Origin: Candidatus Babeliales bacterium
GTDB taxonomy: Bacteria > Babelota > Babeliae > Babelales > JANWKD01
DNA length: 64,000 nt
Direction of reading: 5' to 3'
NCBI GenBank assembly: GCA_963701665.1
Contig: OY969622.1
Coordinates: 160,001 to 224,000 of the forward strand
Under the pieces are notes generated by a model, which saw nothing but the letters and a program-made list of their open reading frames with translations, was not told the origin of the DNA and did not search any database. Shown here in pieces: positions 10,598 to 19,472 of the stretch; positions within the stretch are counted from its first letter, which is position 1, and every line of letters starts with the position of its first letter. The position numbers were made by a program, and so were the translations under genes.

Positions 10598-10628
10598 CCT
10601 TTTTTTCTAATAGTTTATGGAGTAAAAA

Positions 10629-11303
10629 TTATACAAAACGTTGGTGGCGTTGAATAACGCGGCCAATGATTCTGAAATGGTCTTTGCCGCGCACTAAAGC
10701 AATTGGCGGGTTCTTATGATTTACTGCTTCTAATACGATGAAATCTTCAGTATAGGTTATTTGCATAATAGCCTTTACTGGGGCATCATTGCCATATTCT
10801 ACAGCAGCGATATCACCTGAACGTGTCCACACTTCAGGAGATATAATAACAATATCACCTTTGATGAAGGTTGGAGACATTAAGTTGTTATCAATAGCGA
10901 CGGCAAACATAGCTGAATCAGTGGTATTTAATACCGGAATGAACTCATCTTTGTGGCCACTAGTAATTTGCATTAATTGGTTGTTGTAAGGGGAAGGGTT
11001 TGAAGGAATTTCACCCACAACAGGGATAATTTGTACCTTCAATTCTACTTCTGATTTTTCTGGCAGGCTGACGTTGCTATCGATATTATCAGTACGTTTA
11101 CGGCGTTGTGCGAATAAATCAATAGGGCTGATTTCAAAGGCGTTTGCCAATTTGCGTAATGAATCCTCGTTCCAACGGCGGGTACCATTCTTAATATGGG
11201 TTAAATAGCTTTCAGACATGCCTGTTTTTTCGGCTAAAATCTTGGTTGTCCAGCCTTTTTCTCTTAAAAGCTCCTTAACGCGTAGTTCTGTCATAGAAGA
11301 CAT
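10629..11303 (-). CDS. XRE/CI-like HTH regulator with S24 (LexA-type) C-terminal domain
   Basis: N-terminal HTH (LAEKTGMSESYLTHIKNG), IPVVGEI linker, M.P.F.KGDIVII, IIGRVI end. Confidence 0.88.
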   Translation of the reverse strand: MSSMTELRVKELLREKGWTTKILAEKTGMSESYLTHIKNGTRRWNEDSLRKLANAFEISPIDLFAQRRKRTDNIDSNVSLPEKSEVELKVQIIPVVGEIPSNPSPYNNQLMQITSGHKDEFIPVLNTTDSAMFAVAIDNNLMSPTFIKGDIVIISPEVWTRSGDIAAVEYGNDAPVKAIMQITYTEDFIVLEAVNHKNPPIALVRGKDHFRIIGRVIQRHQRFV

Positions 11304-11529
11304 GGTTTAAACTCCTTTGTAATGTTAGATAGAAATGTGATAGTATGGTTATAATCCTGTATTATTTCTAATTGTACTGGGTTTCCTGTTTTTGTCAAAT
11401 GGAAACTTTTTAAGCCCTTTTTGAAGGCCTGGCCGTATTTTTAGGCTAAAAATAGGGGAAAATGGGCCTAAGAGGCCTTAATCTTCTGATTCTAAGGGAA
11501 ATATTAATCTTGCATATAATACCCCCTAT

Positions 11530-11640
11530 TGTCCATTCTGACCCTACTTCGCTCTTCGAGCTTCGAAGGGCCGTGGGAACCTGTTCTACGAAGCCTTGGC
11601 GAAGTAGAATCCAGAACTTTAATAAAAATCCTTTTTAAGG
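11530..11640. repeat. partial REP-like doublet with two nested palindromic insertions
   Basis: Shares CCGTGGGA..ATCCAGAACTTTAATA with the copies at 40894 and 43826; nested CTACTTCGC..GCTTCG units. Confidence 0.7.
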
Positions 11641-11673
11641 TGTTTTTCCCATAAAAGCCACTAATATTTCTAT

Positions 11674-11702
11674 TTGACAAATTAATTCATTTCTGGCATT
11701 AT
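11674..11702 (+). promoter_or_regulatory. putative sigma70 promoter of the peptidase array
   Basis: TTGACA-17 bp-CATTAT with TG-n extended -10. Confidence 0.5.
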
Positions 11703-11708
11703 ATTCCT

Positions 11709-12623
11709 ATGATTAAAATTGATTATCTGAATGGAAATGAGAAGACAATGCTTACAGGAAATCGCATAAAATTTATCACCACTTTATCTCTAGTATTTTT
11801 GCTTATACCGCAGAAAACTTATTCTATGGACGTAGCAAAGAATATAGAAGAAAAGATTGACCCTCTTGTCGAAAGATTTGTCAGGGATCAATTGTCTAAA
11901 TGTGGCTTTAAGGATCGAGAATCAGTAGGTTTGAGAAAAACTAAAGGCGATCGCTGGTGTGCCTCTACAGTCGACGGGCGGCCAACGATATTTATTGCAG
12001 GCCACGATGTCTTACAATACTATCTAGAGAAAAAATACTCACGCCCAAATTCCCCACTAGCAAAACTGTCTTTAAAAGATTCTTTACAAGAGAAAGTAGT
12101 TTTTCAAGGTGAAGATGGAAAAATTGTTACCAGATCCATCGATGACTATTTAAAGCAAAGAGCTGCATGTGTGCACCATGAAGGTGGCCATATTCTTAAT
12201 AAAGATTTTAGTTTGTGGACAGACAGTCTCAACTCATATTACTTTGGATTTGCATGTGGGGCTTTATTAAGTCCTCTCGCTTTTTTATGTAAATCAAAAA
12301 AGATTTCACTGCCGCTTTTCAGCGCAACTTTTATAGTTCCTTCATATCTCGGTCAAAAGCTTCTTTATCGATATTCTCAATATAGAGAAGCACGCGCTGA
12401 CGAAACAATTGCAGATAATATTCATCTTTTACGTGCCTATAAGCAATGTCTAAAGGATAATTTATTTTTATTTCCCAAATTATGGGAAAATCATAAAATA
12501 CATCCTCATCCTACAGTTAGTAGCAAAAGACTCAAAGAACGCATTAGAAAGATCAAAGAAAAAGGTGATCCAAAGGCATTTGAAGATCCTTTGGTGTTTA
12601 AAGAAGAATCAGAAATAAAATAA
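11709..12623 (+). CDS. secreted M48-like Zn metallopeptidase (array gene 1)
   Basis: HEGGH, EARAD, HPHP; likely start 11748. Confidence 0.8.
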   Translation: MIKIDYLNGNEKTMLTGNRIKFITTLSLVFLLIPQKTYSMDVAKNIEEKIDPLVERFVRDQLSKCGFKDRESVGLRKTKGDRWCASTVDGRPTIFIAGHDVLQYYLEKKYSRPNSPLAKLSLKDSLQEKVVFQGEDGKIVTRSIDDYLKQRAACVHHEGGHILNKDFSLWTDSLNSYYFGFACGALLSPLAFLCKSKKISLPLFSATFIVPSYLGQKLLYRYSQYREARADETIADNIHLLRAYKQCLKDNLFLFPKLWENHKIHPHPTVSSKRLKERIRKIKEKGDPKAFEDPLVFKEESEIK

Positions 12624-13601
12624 ATGGAGTTATGTATGAAAAAGTTAACATGTCTGAGTTATTTTCTGTTAATAATATTTTGTGTGGGTTTTTACGAAAA
12701 ATCATTGGGTATGAATGCAGCTTTTCCCGTGGTGGTTTCGTCTGATTTTAGACCACAAGAAATTTGTCAGACGAATATAGCAAAAACTCCGGAAGAGGAG
12801 ATTGATCCTCGTGTAGAAAAATTTGTAAAAGGCCAATTGTCTCGATGCGGCTTTAAAGATCAAAAATCATTGTGCATGATAAAAAGCAATAACTGGGCTG
12901 TTGGGTTTGCTTATGATGGAAGGCCATATGATAGAAGACCAGTAGTTTTTATCGCGCGTCATGACCTTCTAAAACATTGTCTAAAGGAAAAGTACTCATT
13001 CCGAAACTATGTATTGGAAAAACTGTTTTTAAAAAATTATCTACAAAGAAAACTGGTTTTTCAAAGAAACGATGGAAAAACGCTTTCCAGATCTGTTGAT
13101 GAATATTTAAAACAAGAAGCTGCTGTAGTGCAACATGAAGGTGGCCATCTTATGGATAATTTGCCTGCGCTATGGAATGATTATAATGATCCTACAAGAG
13201 AAGTATGTACCTATGGATCTGCATGCGGGGCACTGTTAAGCCCATTTGCCTTTCTATGTAAATCAAAAAAAATTGCACTGCCGCTTTTTGGCGCAATGGT
13301 TATAGCGCCTTCATATTTAGGTCAAAAATTGATTTACCGCTATATGCAATATAGAGAGTTTCGAGCTGATGATAACGTTCAAGATAATATTCATCTTTTA
13401 CGTGCTTTGAAGCAGCATTTAAAAGATCATTTATTTATAGATCACGCATATTTTCGGGAGAATCCAAAGGATACTACCCATCCTCATCCAAGAATTCGCA
13501 TCAGACGAATCAAAGAACGCATTAGAAAGATCAAAGAAAAAGGTGATCCAAAAGCATTTGAAGATCCTTTGACAGTCAAAGAAGATGCTGAAATGAAATA
13601 A
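12624..13601 (+). CDS. secreted M48-like Zn metallopeptidase (array gene 2)
   Basis: HEGGH, EFRAD, THPHP; likely start 12636 after GGAG. Confidence 0.8.
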   Translation: MELCMKKLTCLSYFLLIIFCVGFYEKSLGMNAAFPVVVSSDFRPQEICQTNIAKTPEEEIDPRVEKFVKGQLSRCGFKDQKSLCMIKSNNWAVGFAYDGRPYDRRPVVFIARHDLLKHCLKEKYSFRNYVLEKLFLKNYLQRKLVFQRNDGKTLSRSVDEYLKQEAAVVQHEGGHLMDNLPALWNDYNDPTREVCTYGSACGALLSPFAFLCKSKKIALPLFGAMVIAPSYLGQKLIYRYMQYREFRADDNVQDNIHLLRALKQHLKDHLFIDHAYFRENPKDTTHPHPRIRIRRIKERIRKIKEKGDPKAFEDPLTVKEDAEMK

Positions 13602-14534
13602 ATGGAGTTATGTATGAAAAAGTTAACATGTCTGAGTTATTTTCTGTTAATAATATTTTGCCTGGGTTTTTACGAAAAATCATTGGGTATGAATGCAGCT
13701 TTTCCCGTGGTAATTTCATCTGATTCTAGATTAAAAGAAATTTATCAGACGAATATAGCAGAAAGTCCAAAAGAGGAAATCGATCCTCTTGTAGAAAAAT
13801 TTGTAAGAAGCCAACTATCTCAAGGCGGCTTTAAAGATCAAGAATCATTGCATATGAGAAGAGCTAAGGACAATAAATGGTCCGCTGGATTTGAACATGA
13901 TAAAAGTCCAAGAATATGGATCGCAGATCACGATGTTTTAAAATATTGTCTAACAAGAAAGTTCTCGTCGCAAGATTATTCTCAAGAAAAAGTAATTAAA
14001 AAAAATATAGATTTACACAGTAGAACTATTAATAGATCTATTGATGAATATTTAGAGCAAGCAGCTGCAGCGGTGCAACACGAAGGGGGACATATCATTA
14101 ATAAAGATACTCACATGTGGCATGCTGCTGCCTATGGATTTGCAGGTGGCGCTTTATTTAGCCCATTTGCTTTTTTATGTAAATTGAAAAAAATTTCGCT
14201 GCCACTTTTTTGCGGCATAACATTTATAGTTCCGACATGTCTAAGTCAAAATATTGTTTATCGATATTCGCGCTATACAGAACTCCGGGCAGATGGTGCA
14301 ATTCAAGATAATATTCATCTTTTACGTGCTTTTAAACAGTATATAAAAGATCATGTATTTTTAAACGCCGAATATTATATTGAAAATCAAGAAAATAATA
14401 CTCATAATACTCATCCTCACCCAGAAATTCGTATCAAACGATTGAAAAAACGAATTAAAGCACTCAAAGAAAAAGGTGATCACAGAGCATTTGAAGATCC
14501 TTTGGCAATCAAAGAAAATGCTGAAATGAAATAA
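13602..14534 (+). CDS. secreted M48-like Zn metallopeptidase (array gene 3)
   Basis: HEGGH, ELRAD, THPHP; likely start 13614. Confidence 0.8.
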   Translation: MELCMKKLTCLSYFLLIIFCLGFYEKSLGMNAAFPVVISSDSRLKEIYQTNIAESPKEEIDPLVEKFVRSQLSQGGFKDQESLHMRRAKDNKWSAGFEHDKSPRIWIADHDVLKYCLTRKFSSQDYSQEKVIKKNIDLHSRTINRSIDEYLEQAAAAVQHEGGHIINKDTHMWHAAAYGFAGGALFSPFAFLCKLKKISLPLFCGITFIVPTCLSQNIVYRYSRYTELRADGAIQDNIHLLRAFKQYIKDHVFLNAEYYIENQENNTHNTHPHPEIRIKRLKKRIKALKEKGDHRAFEDPLAIKENAEMK

Positions 14535-14545
14535 ATGGGGAAATT

Positions 14546-15592
14546 ATGATCGCTAAAAATTACATGAAGTTTTTTGTCCTTATAATGTGTCTTGGCATCT
14601 TAGCGCCTGGCAAAGCATATGGTATGAATACTTTTAAGCATCATTATCAAACTTTCAAACAAAATTTTACATGGAAAAAAACAGCTATAGCTGGGATTAC
14701 TGGGTCATGTACCTTGGCCAATTATTTAATTGCAGGATCGATCTATAAAGAGTTTGTTCCAATAGAAGAGTGCTTAAATGATTATGAAACTAAGAAATAT
14801 TATGAAAAACAGTTTGAACAACTGCCAAACGTGAGTCCCGAAGTTGAATTTTTTATAAAAAAATATTTGAAAGAAAGTGGTGTAAAAGATTGCGGTCAAA
14901 TAAAAGTAAAACGAATCAACGGGGGAAATAAAGCTTCATGGGGCGTAGTATGTACATCAAAGTCAACGTGGTTCTTAGTCCCTGCTAACGAGGCAAGAAC
15001 TTTGGAACTGGCATTCGATATGCAGCGTGTTGGATTAATGAAATGGATGGAGGAACATGAACGCAAGATTACCGAGCAAGAGCATATTAATCTTTTTACG
15101 GAAACTATAGCAATCGTTAATCATGAAGCTGCTCATATTATAAATGGGGATCAGGGAAGACTTAAATATGCAGCAATGCTTGCTCCTTTAGCAGGTGCAA
15201 CATGTGGCATTATAATAAGAAAAAATTTCATTCCAAAAAATTGGTACTGGTCCACTAATTTAAATAAAATTTTTAATGGATTTATATTAGGAACATATAG
15301 TCCGTATGCTTATTACAAATATAAACGATTTAGAGAACTGAAGGCGGACGATAATACACAAGATAATGTTCACATCCTAAGGGCAGCAATCAAGTTTCAC
15401 AAAAGAAACCTAGAGCAGAATAAAGAAATTTATGAAAAAGAAAATTGCTGGCCTAACAAATTTCTTAGTGCTCATCCTCATCCAAAAACTCGCATCAAGC
15501 GACTCAAAGAACGCATTAGAAAGATCAAAGAAAAAGGTGATCCAAAAGCATTTGAAGATCCTCTGACAATCAAAGAGTCTGAAATAAAATAA
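14546..15592 (+). CDS. secreted M48-like Zn metallopeptidase (array gene 4)
   Basis: HEAAH, ELKAD, AHPHP. Confidence 0.8.
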   Translation: MIAKNYMKFFVLIMCLGILAPGKAYGMNTFKHHYQTFKQNFTWKKTAIAGITGSCTLANYLIAGSIYKEFVPIEECLNDYETKKYYEKQFEQLPNVSPEVEFFIKKYLKESGVKDCGQIKVKRINGGNKASWGVVCTSKSTWFLVPANEARTLELAFDMQRVGLMKWMEEHERKITEQEHINLFTETIAIVNHEAAHIINGDQGRLKYAAMLAPLAGATCGIIIRKNFIPKNWYWSTNLNKIFNGFILGTYSPYAYYKYKRFRELKADDNTQDNVHILRAAIKFHKRNLEQNKEIYEKENCWPNKFLSAHPHPKTRIKRLKERIRKIKEKGDPKAFEDPLTIKESEIK

Positions 15593-16609
15593 ATGGAGTT
15601 ATGTATGAAAAAGTTAACCTGCCTTAGTTATTTTCTGTTAATAATTTTTTGCCTAGGTGTTTATGAAAAATCATTTGGCATGAACGCTTTCAAACAAAAT
15701 TTTACCTGGAAAAAAGCAGCTCTTGTGGGAATTGCAGGAGGATGCACCGTAGGAGAATATGCGCTAGGAGCCTCAGATTACTTTACTTTGGTTAGGCCGC
15801 AAAGTAATTTTCATGATTTAGAAGAAAAGCTATTAAAATCGGATGATGTTGATCCGATTGTTGAATCTTTTGTAAGAAAACATTTGATAAGAAATGGCAT
15901 TGCTGATCAAAGCAGCTTGAAAGTAAAACAAGTAGATTGGATAAATGACTGGGCAGCTACAGTAACGAATAATTATAAATGGATACTGGTAAAACCAGAT
16001 CGAGCAAATGCCCTTGCGGTGATTTTAAATATTCCTGATTCTCGATGTGATTCAAACGCGATAGAAAAAACCCTTGGACATGGTTATATGGTGAGAATGT
16101 CTCTTAATGACTTTAAAAAAGAAACTATAGCAATTTTGCATCATGAGGCTGGACATATTAAAAATGAAGATGTGAAAAAAGGAAAGTATGCCGTGATAGG
16201 CATTCCCTTAAGCGTTGCAACAATGAGTTATGCGCTGAGGAAAAAAGTAATAGCGCCTCAATACTTTTGGACGAACAATATTACTAAATTATTAAGCGGT
16301 CTTTGTATTGGCAACTTGAGCGCCATTGGGTATTATCAATTTACTAAACATAGAGAATTAAAAGCAGACGATAATGTTGCTGATAATATTCATTTGTTGC
16401 AAGCAAAAAAACAAGAAATGAAATGTTATGTCTTGAATGATCAGCAAAATGATCAACAGCCTTCATTGTATCAACAACTTTTAGAAAAACATCCTCGTCA
16501 TAAAGTACGCCTTAAACGACTCAAAAAGCGTATTAAGGTGATCAAAGAAAAAGGTGATCCAAAAGCATTTGAAGACCCTTTGGCAATCAAAGAGTCTGAA
16601 ATAAAATAA
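15593..16609 (+). CDS. secreted M48-like Zn metallopeptidase (array gene 5)
   Basis: HEAGH, ELKAD, KHP; likely start 15605. Confidence 0.8.
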   Translation: MELCMKKLTCLSYFLLIIFCLGVYEKSFGMNAFKQNFTWKKAALVGIAGGCTVGEYALGASDYFTLVRPQSNFHDLEEKLLKSDDVDPIVESFVRKHLIRNGIADQSSLKVKQVDWINDWAATVTNNYKWILVKPDRANALAVILNIPDSRCDSNAIEKTLGHGYMVRMSLNDFKKETIAILHHEAGHIKNEDVKKGKYAVIGIPLSVATMSYALRKKVIAPQYFWTNNITKLLSGLCIGNLSAIGYYQFTKHRELKADDNVADNIHLLQAKKQEMKCYVLNDQQNDQQPSLYQQLLEKHPRHKVRLKRLKKRIKVIKEKGDPKAFEDPLAIKESEIK

Positions 16610-16631
16610 ATGGAATTAATGGAGGTTATTC

Positions 16632-17621
16632 GTGAAAACATTAAAAACATATGGTTATTTTTTAGCTACAATTCTTTGTTTGCTTTGTTTTTCTGAAGCA
16701 TATAGCATGAGTGCCTTTAAGCAACGCTTTAATACGTTCACGCAAAATTTTTCTTGGAAAAAAGCAGCGGCAGTTGGTTTTGCGGGTCTATGCTCACTCG
16801 AGCATGTTAGGTTAGCCACTAGAAAAATATCGCCTACGATATTTTTAGATGATCATGAGAGTAACAAGTTAAGGGATGAGGAATTTGAGAAACTTCCTGA
16901 TGTACTTCCCGAAATTGAAGTTTTTGTTAAAGAACATTTAAAGAATTGTGGCGTAACAGAGTTAAAGAATTTAAAAATCAAAGAATATATAGAATGGGGT
17001 ACGGAAACTACTAAAAATCATACATGGTTTTTTGTACCAGCATCTAATAAATTGCAACTTTCACTTGATATGCCAAAGAAAATTGATGATGAAATAAAAA
17101 AATATTTAAAAGATCTTGAAAGAGAAGCGATAGCGAGTGTTTATCATGAAGGTGGTCATATCAAAAATAAGGATAATGAAAAGCTACCAGCAATTACTCT
17201 AGGATGTCTAGCCGCAAATGCTGCAATTAGTTTTGGTGTAAGAAAAAAATTCATCCCAAAAAACAATTATTGGTTTCATAACCTTGCCAAGATTATTAGT
17301 GGTATGACTATCAGTAATGCTAATTTGTTTGAATATTATCAATTTAAAAAATATTGTGAATTAAAAGCTGATGATAATGTTCAAAATAATGTTCATATAT
17401 TGAAGGCTGCAAAAAATATATTTGAAAGGGATTTGAGGAAAAAGATTCTCTATGGAAACTACTACGGTAAATTTTCTTCTAAAAATTTTTATTCAAAGCA
17501 TCCACATCCAGAAACTCGTATTAAGCGATTCAAAAAACGCATAAAAGCACTCAAAGTAAAGAGTGATCCAAAAGCATTTGAAGATCCTTTGGCGGTCAAG
17601 GAAGAGGCGCAGCTAAAATAG
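16632..17621 (+). CDS. secreted M48-like Zn metallopeptidase (array gene 6)
   Basis: HEGGH, ELKAD, KHPHP. Confidence 0.8.
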   Translation: MKTLKTYGYFLATILCLLCFSEAYSMSAFKQRFNTFTQNFSWKKAAAVGFAGLCSLEHVRLATRKISPTIFLDDHESNKLRDEEFEKLPDVLPEIEVFVKEHLKNCGVTELKNLKIKEYIEWGTETTKNHTWFFVPASNKLQLSLDMPKKIDDEIKKYLKDLEREAIASVYHEGGHIKNKDNEKLPAITLGCLAANAAISFGVRKKFIPKNNYWFHNLAKIISGMTISNANLFEYYQFKKYCELKADDNVQNNVHILKAAKNIFERDLRKKILYGNYYGKFSSKNFYSKHPHPETRIKRFKKRIKALKVKSDPKAFEDPLAVKEEAQLK

Positions 17622-18306
17622 CTAATTTAAGCAAAAAAATGGTTTCATTTTTAAGATTGGCTTTAGCCCAAGCTTTTTGTTTTGCATCTAAAAGTTCCCC
17701 TATGCCTGAAAGAATATTACGATTACTCATCTCTTCTAACTCATAAATACATATTTGCAAAAAATCTTGGTACTTCATACGAGTTCTTTGTTCAACAATA
17801 TGCTTATTAATTGGCCAATTATTGCTTAAAAAATACCACACATCAAAAATATCACGATTTGCTTCTCCTATTCTTTCATGCATTGCAACAAGTTTATGAG
17901 CAGCCATATCTTCTTGCTTCATTACTTTCATTGATATGCCAAGATATTCTTTGATTTCATAGTGCGAGCCAAAACCTCTTTTGTTGATTTCGATTTTAAT
18001 ATTTTGCCCATCTTTTGCTTTTTGATCATAAGAAAGCAAAAAAAATAGAGTATGTCTTTTCTTGGTAGCTTTTTTTATGGTGCCATATTTTTCTAAAATC
18101 TTTTTAAGTTCGTCAATAACAGAATCTTCTTTGCTTATATCTAAAAGATCAAAATCCAAATCTACTGAAAAGCGATTTAATCCGTAAAACAACATGGCAG
18201 CGGTGCCACCTTTAAAGCCCATTACAGGTCCAATATTAGGATTTGTAAAGACATCTTTGAGTATTTTGATGAGGATATTTTTATGTTGCGCATGATCGAG
18301 TGTCAT
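17596..18306 (-). CDS. AbiEii-family nucleotidyltransferase toxin (type IV TA)
   Basis: FKGGTA, RFSVDLDF, AHKL.A, RDIFD motifs. Confidence 0.92.
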   Translation of the reverse strand: MTLDHAQHKNILIKILKDVFTNPNIGPVMGFKGGTAAMLFYGLNRFSVDLDFDLLDISKEDSVIDELKKILEKYGTIKKATKKRHTLFFLLSYDQKAKDGQNIKIEINKRGFGSHYEIKEYLGISMKVMKQEDMAAHKLVAMHERIGEANRDIFDVWYFLSNNWPINKHIVEQRTRMKYQDFLQICIYELEEMSNRNILSGIGELLDAKQKAWAKANLKNETIFLLKLAILAAPLP

Positions 18307-18920
18307 ATATTTTCTCCTACATTCGCTTTATGGGCATTACGATGTATTTCTACTGCCTTTTTCATGCGGTTGTTTTTATAAATGGGTAAAATATCATACA
18401 CCTTATCCCAATTTAAACTCGAGAGATTATCAAAGTGATAATTCTTATGCAAATAAAGAATGTCCAAAAACGCTCTTTCAGGACTGGCAATAGAGTAATT
18501 CTCTTTGATTTCGATGCCCTTTGCATTGGTGAGAATAACTGATTTAATTGAACGAAATGTGTATGTTTGTCCATTACAGGTGATACTTCTTGTTTTGTAC
18601 GAAGCAACAAAAATTTGATTGTAATATTGGAAAATTACCCCAGCCTGCGATAACACTGTTTCAAAACTAATATAAGAAGGCGTTAAAATCTTCGTGGCTA
18701 ATTCAAGGTGGTCGTAATTTTTATCTTTTGCATAATAACCGCGCCTAATATGATAAAGATCGCCATGTTTTACGTAATAATTTACGCGAGATTTTATGGT
18801 GGCGACGTCTACATTTACCCATAACAGATACAAATCTTTAAACGAAAATACCGTCTTTTTCGATTTAAATAATTCTTTTATAAAGCCTCTTGTTATATTC
18901 TTTTTCATTGTATCTTTCAT
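18303..18920 (-). CDS. AbiEi-family antitoxin / regulator
   Basis: wHTH with IRRGYY, PSYISFET.L, ASPERAFLD.LY; ATGA overlap with the toxin. Confidence 0.9.
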   Translation of the reverse strand: MKDTMKKNITRGFIKELFKSKKTVFSFKDLYLLWVNVDVATIKSRVNYYVKHGDLYHIRRGYYAKDKNYDHLELATKILTPSYISFETVLSQAGVIFQYYNQIFVASYKTRSITCNGQTYTFRSIKSVILTNAKGIEIKENYSIASPERAFLDILYLHKNYHFDNLSSLNWDKVYDILPIYKNNRMKKAVEIHRNAHKANVGENI

Positions 18921-18928
18921 ATGAAATA

Positions 18929-18965
18929 AGACCTAAAGGTAAGAATAATCCTTACCTTTAGGTCT
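18929..18965. promoter_or_regulatory. putative AbiEi autoregulatory operator
   Basis: Perfect 15-bp inverted repeat AGACCTAAAGGTAAG-7-CTTACCTTTAGGTCT between a minus-strand TTGCAA..CATACT promoter and the start codon. Confidence 0.7.
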
Positions 18966-19039
18966 AGTATGAATGAATTCAGGAATTATTTGCAAGAATT
19001 ATAATCGTTTTTTCTTAAGGTTAGTTTAATTGCAGAGGT

Positions 19040-19456
19040 CTAATGGTGTTTGCCATGATGGCGGCGGTGATGCCCTTTGCCTTTGTGATGGGTTTGTCTA
19101 AATCTGCATGCTCTTTTGCCACACTCTGCATTAAATGTTGTTGGGTTTTCAGATTGTGCGGCTTGCGTGTTTTCAATGGCAGCAAGTAGTTGACGTTTTT
19201 TATGTCCCATTTTCCTTCTATGTCCTTGGCCTTTGATCCAGCAGCGTCGGTTTTTGCAACGTACTTTGTAGTTTTTTGTGCGTTTTCCTAGTTGTGGACC
19301 TGTGGCTGGTTGTAACGATAGTTGTACCGTGTTAAGTGCTAAGATAAGTTCCCCAAGATTGGTTTTAAGAGCATCTTCAGGATTTGCCATCGCATGCATA
19401 TAATATGGCATATGGAGTATGCCTAACAAAACAAGCGTTATTCTATTTTTTATCAT
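19040..19456 (-). CDS. secreted cationic Cys-containing hypothetical protein
   Basis: Signal peptide ending MHA-M; Cx4C pairs; paralog at 57976. Confidence 0.75.
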   Translation of the reverse strand: MIKNRITLVLLGILHMPYYMHAMANPEDALKTNLGELILALNTVQLSLQPATGPQLGKRTKNYKVRCKNRRCWIKGQGHRRKMGHKKRQLLAAIENTQAAQSENPTTFNAECGKRACRFRQTHHKGKGHHRRHHGKHH

Positions 19457-19472
19457 GAACTATCTCCTTTTT

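Noticed and set aside
11530..11640. GC-rich structured intergenic sequence as a tRNA or riboswitch
   Set aside because: No cloverleaf or CCA end; explained by the nested repeat family also seen at 40894.
11709..17621. Peptidase array as a diversity-generating retroelement or invertase shufflon
   Set aside because: No reverse transcriptase, no adenine-specific template/variable pair and no recombinase; all genes are co-oriented.
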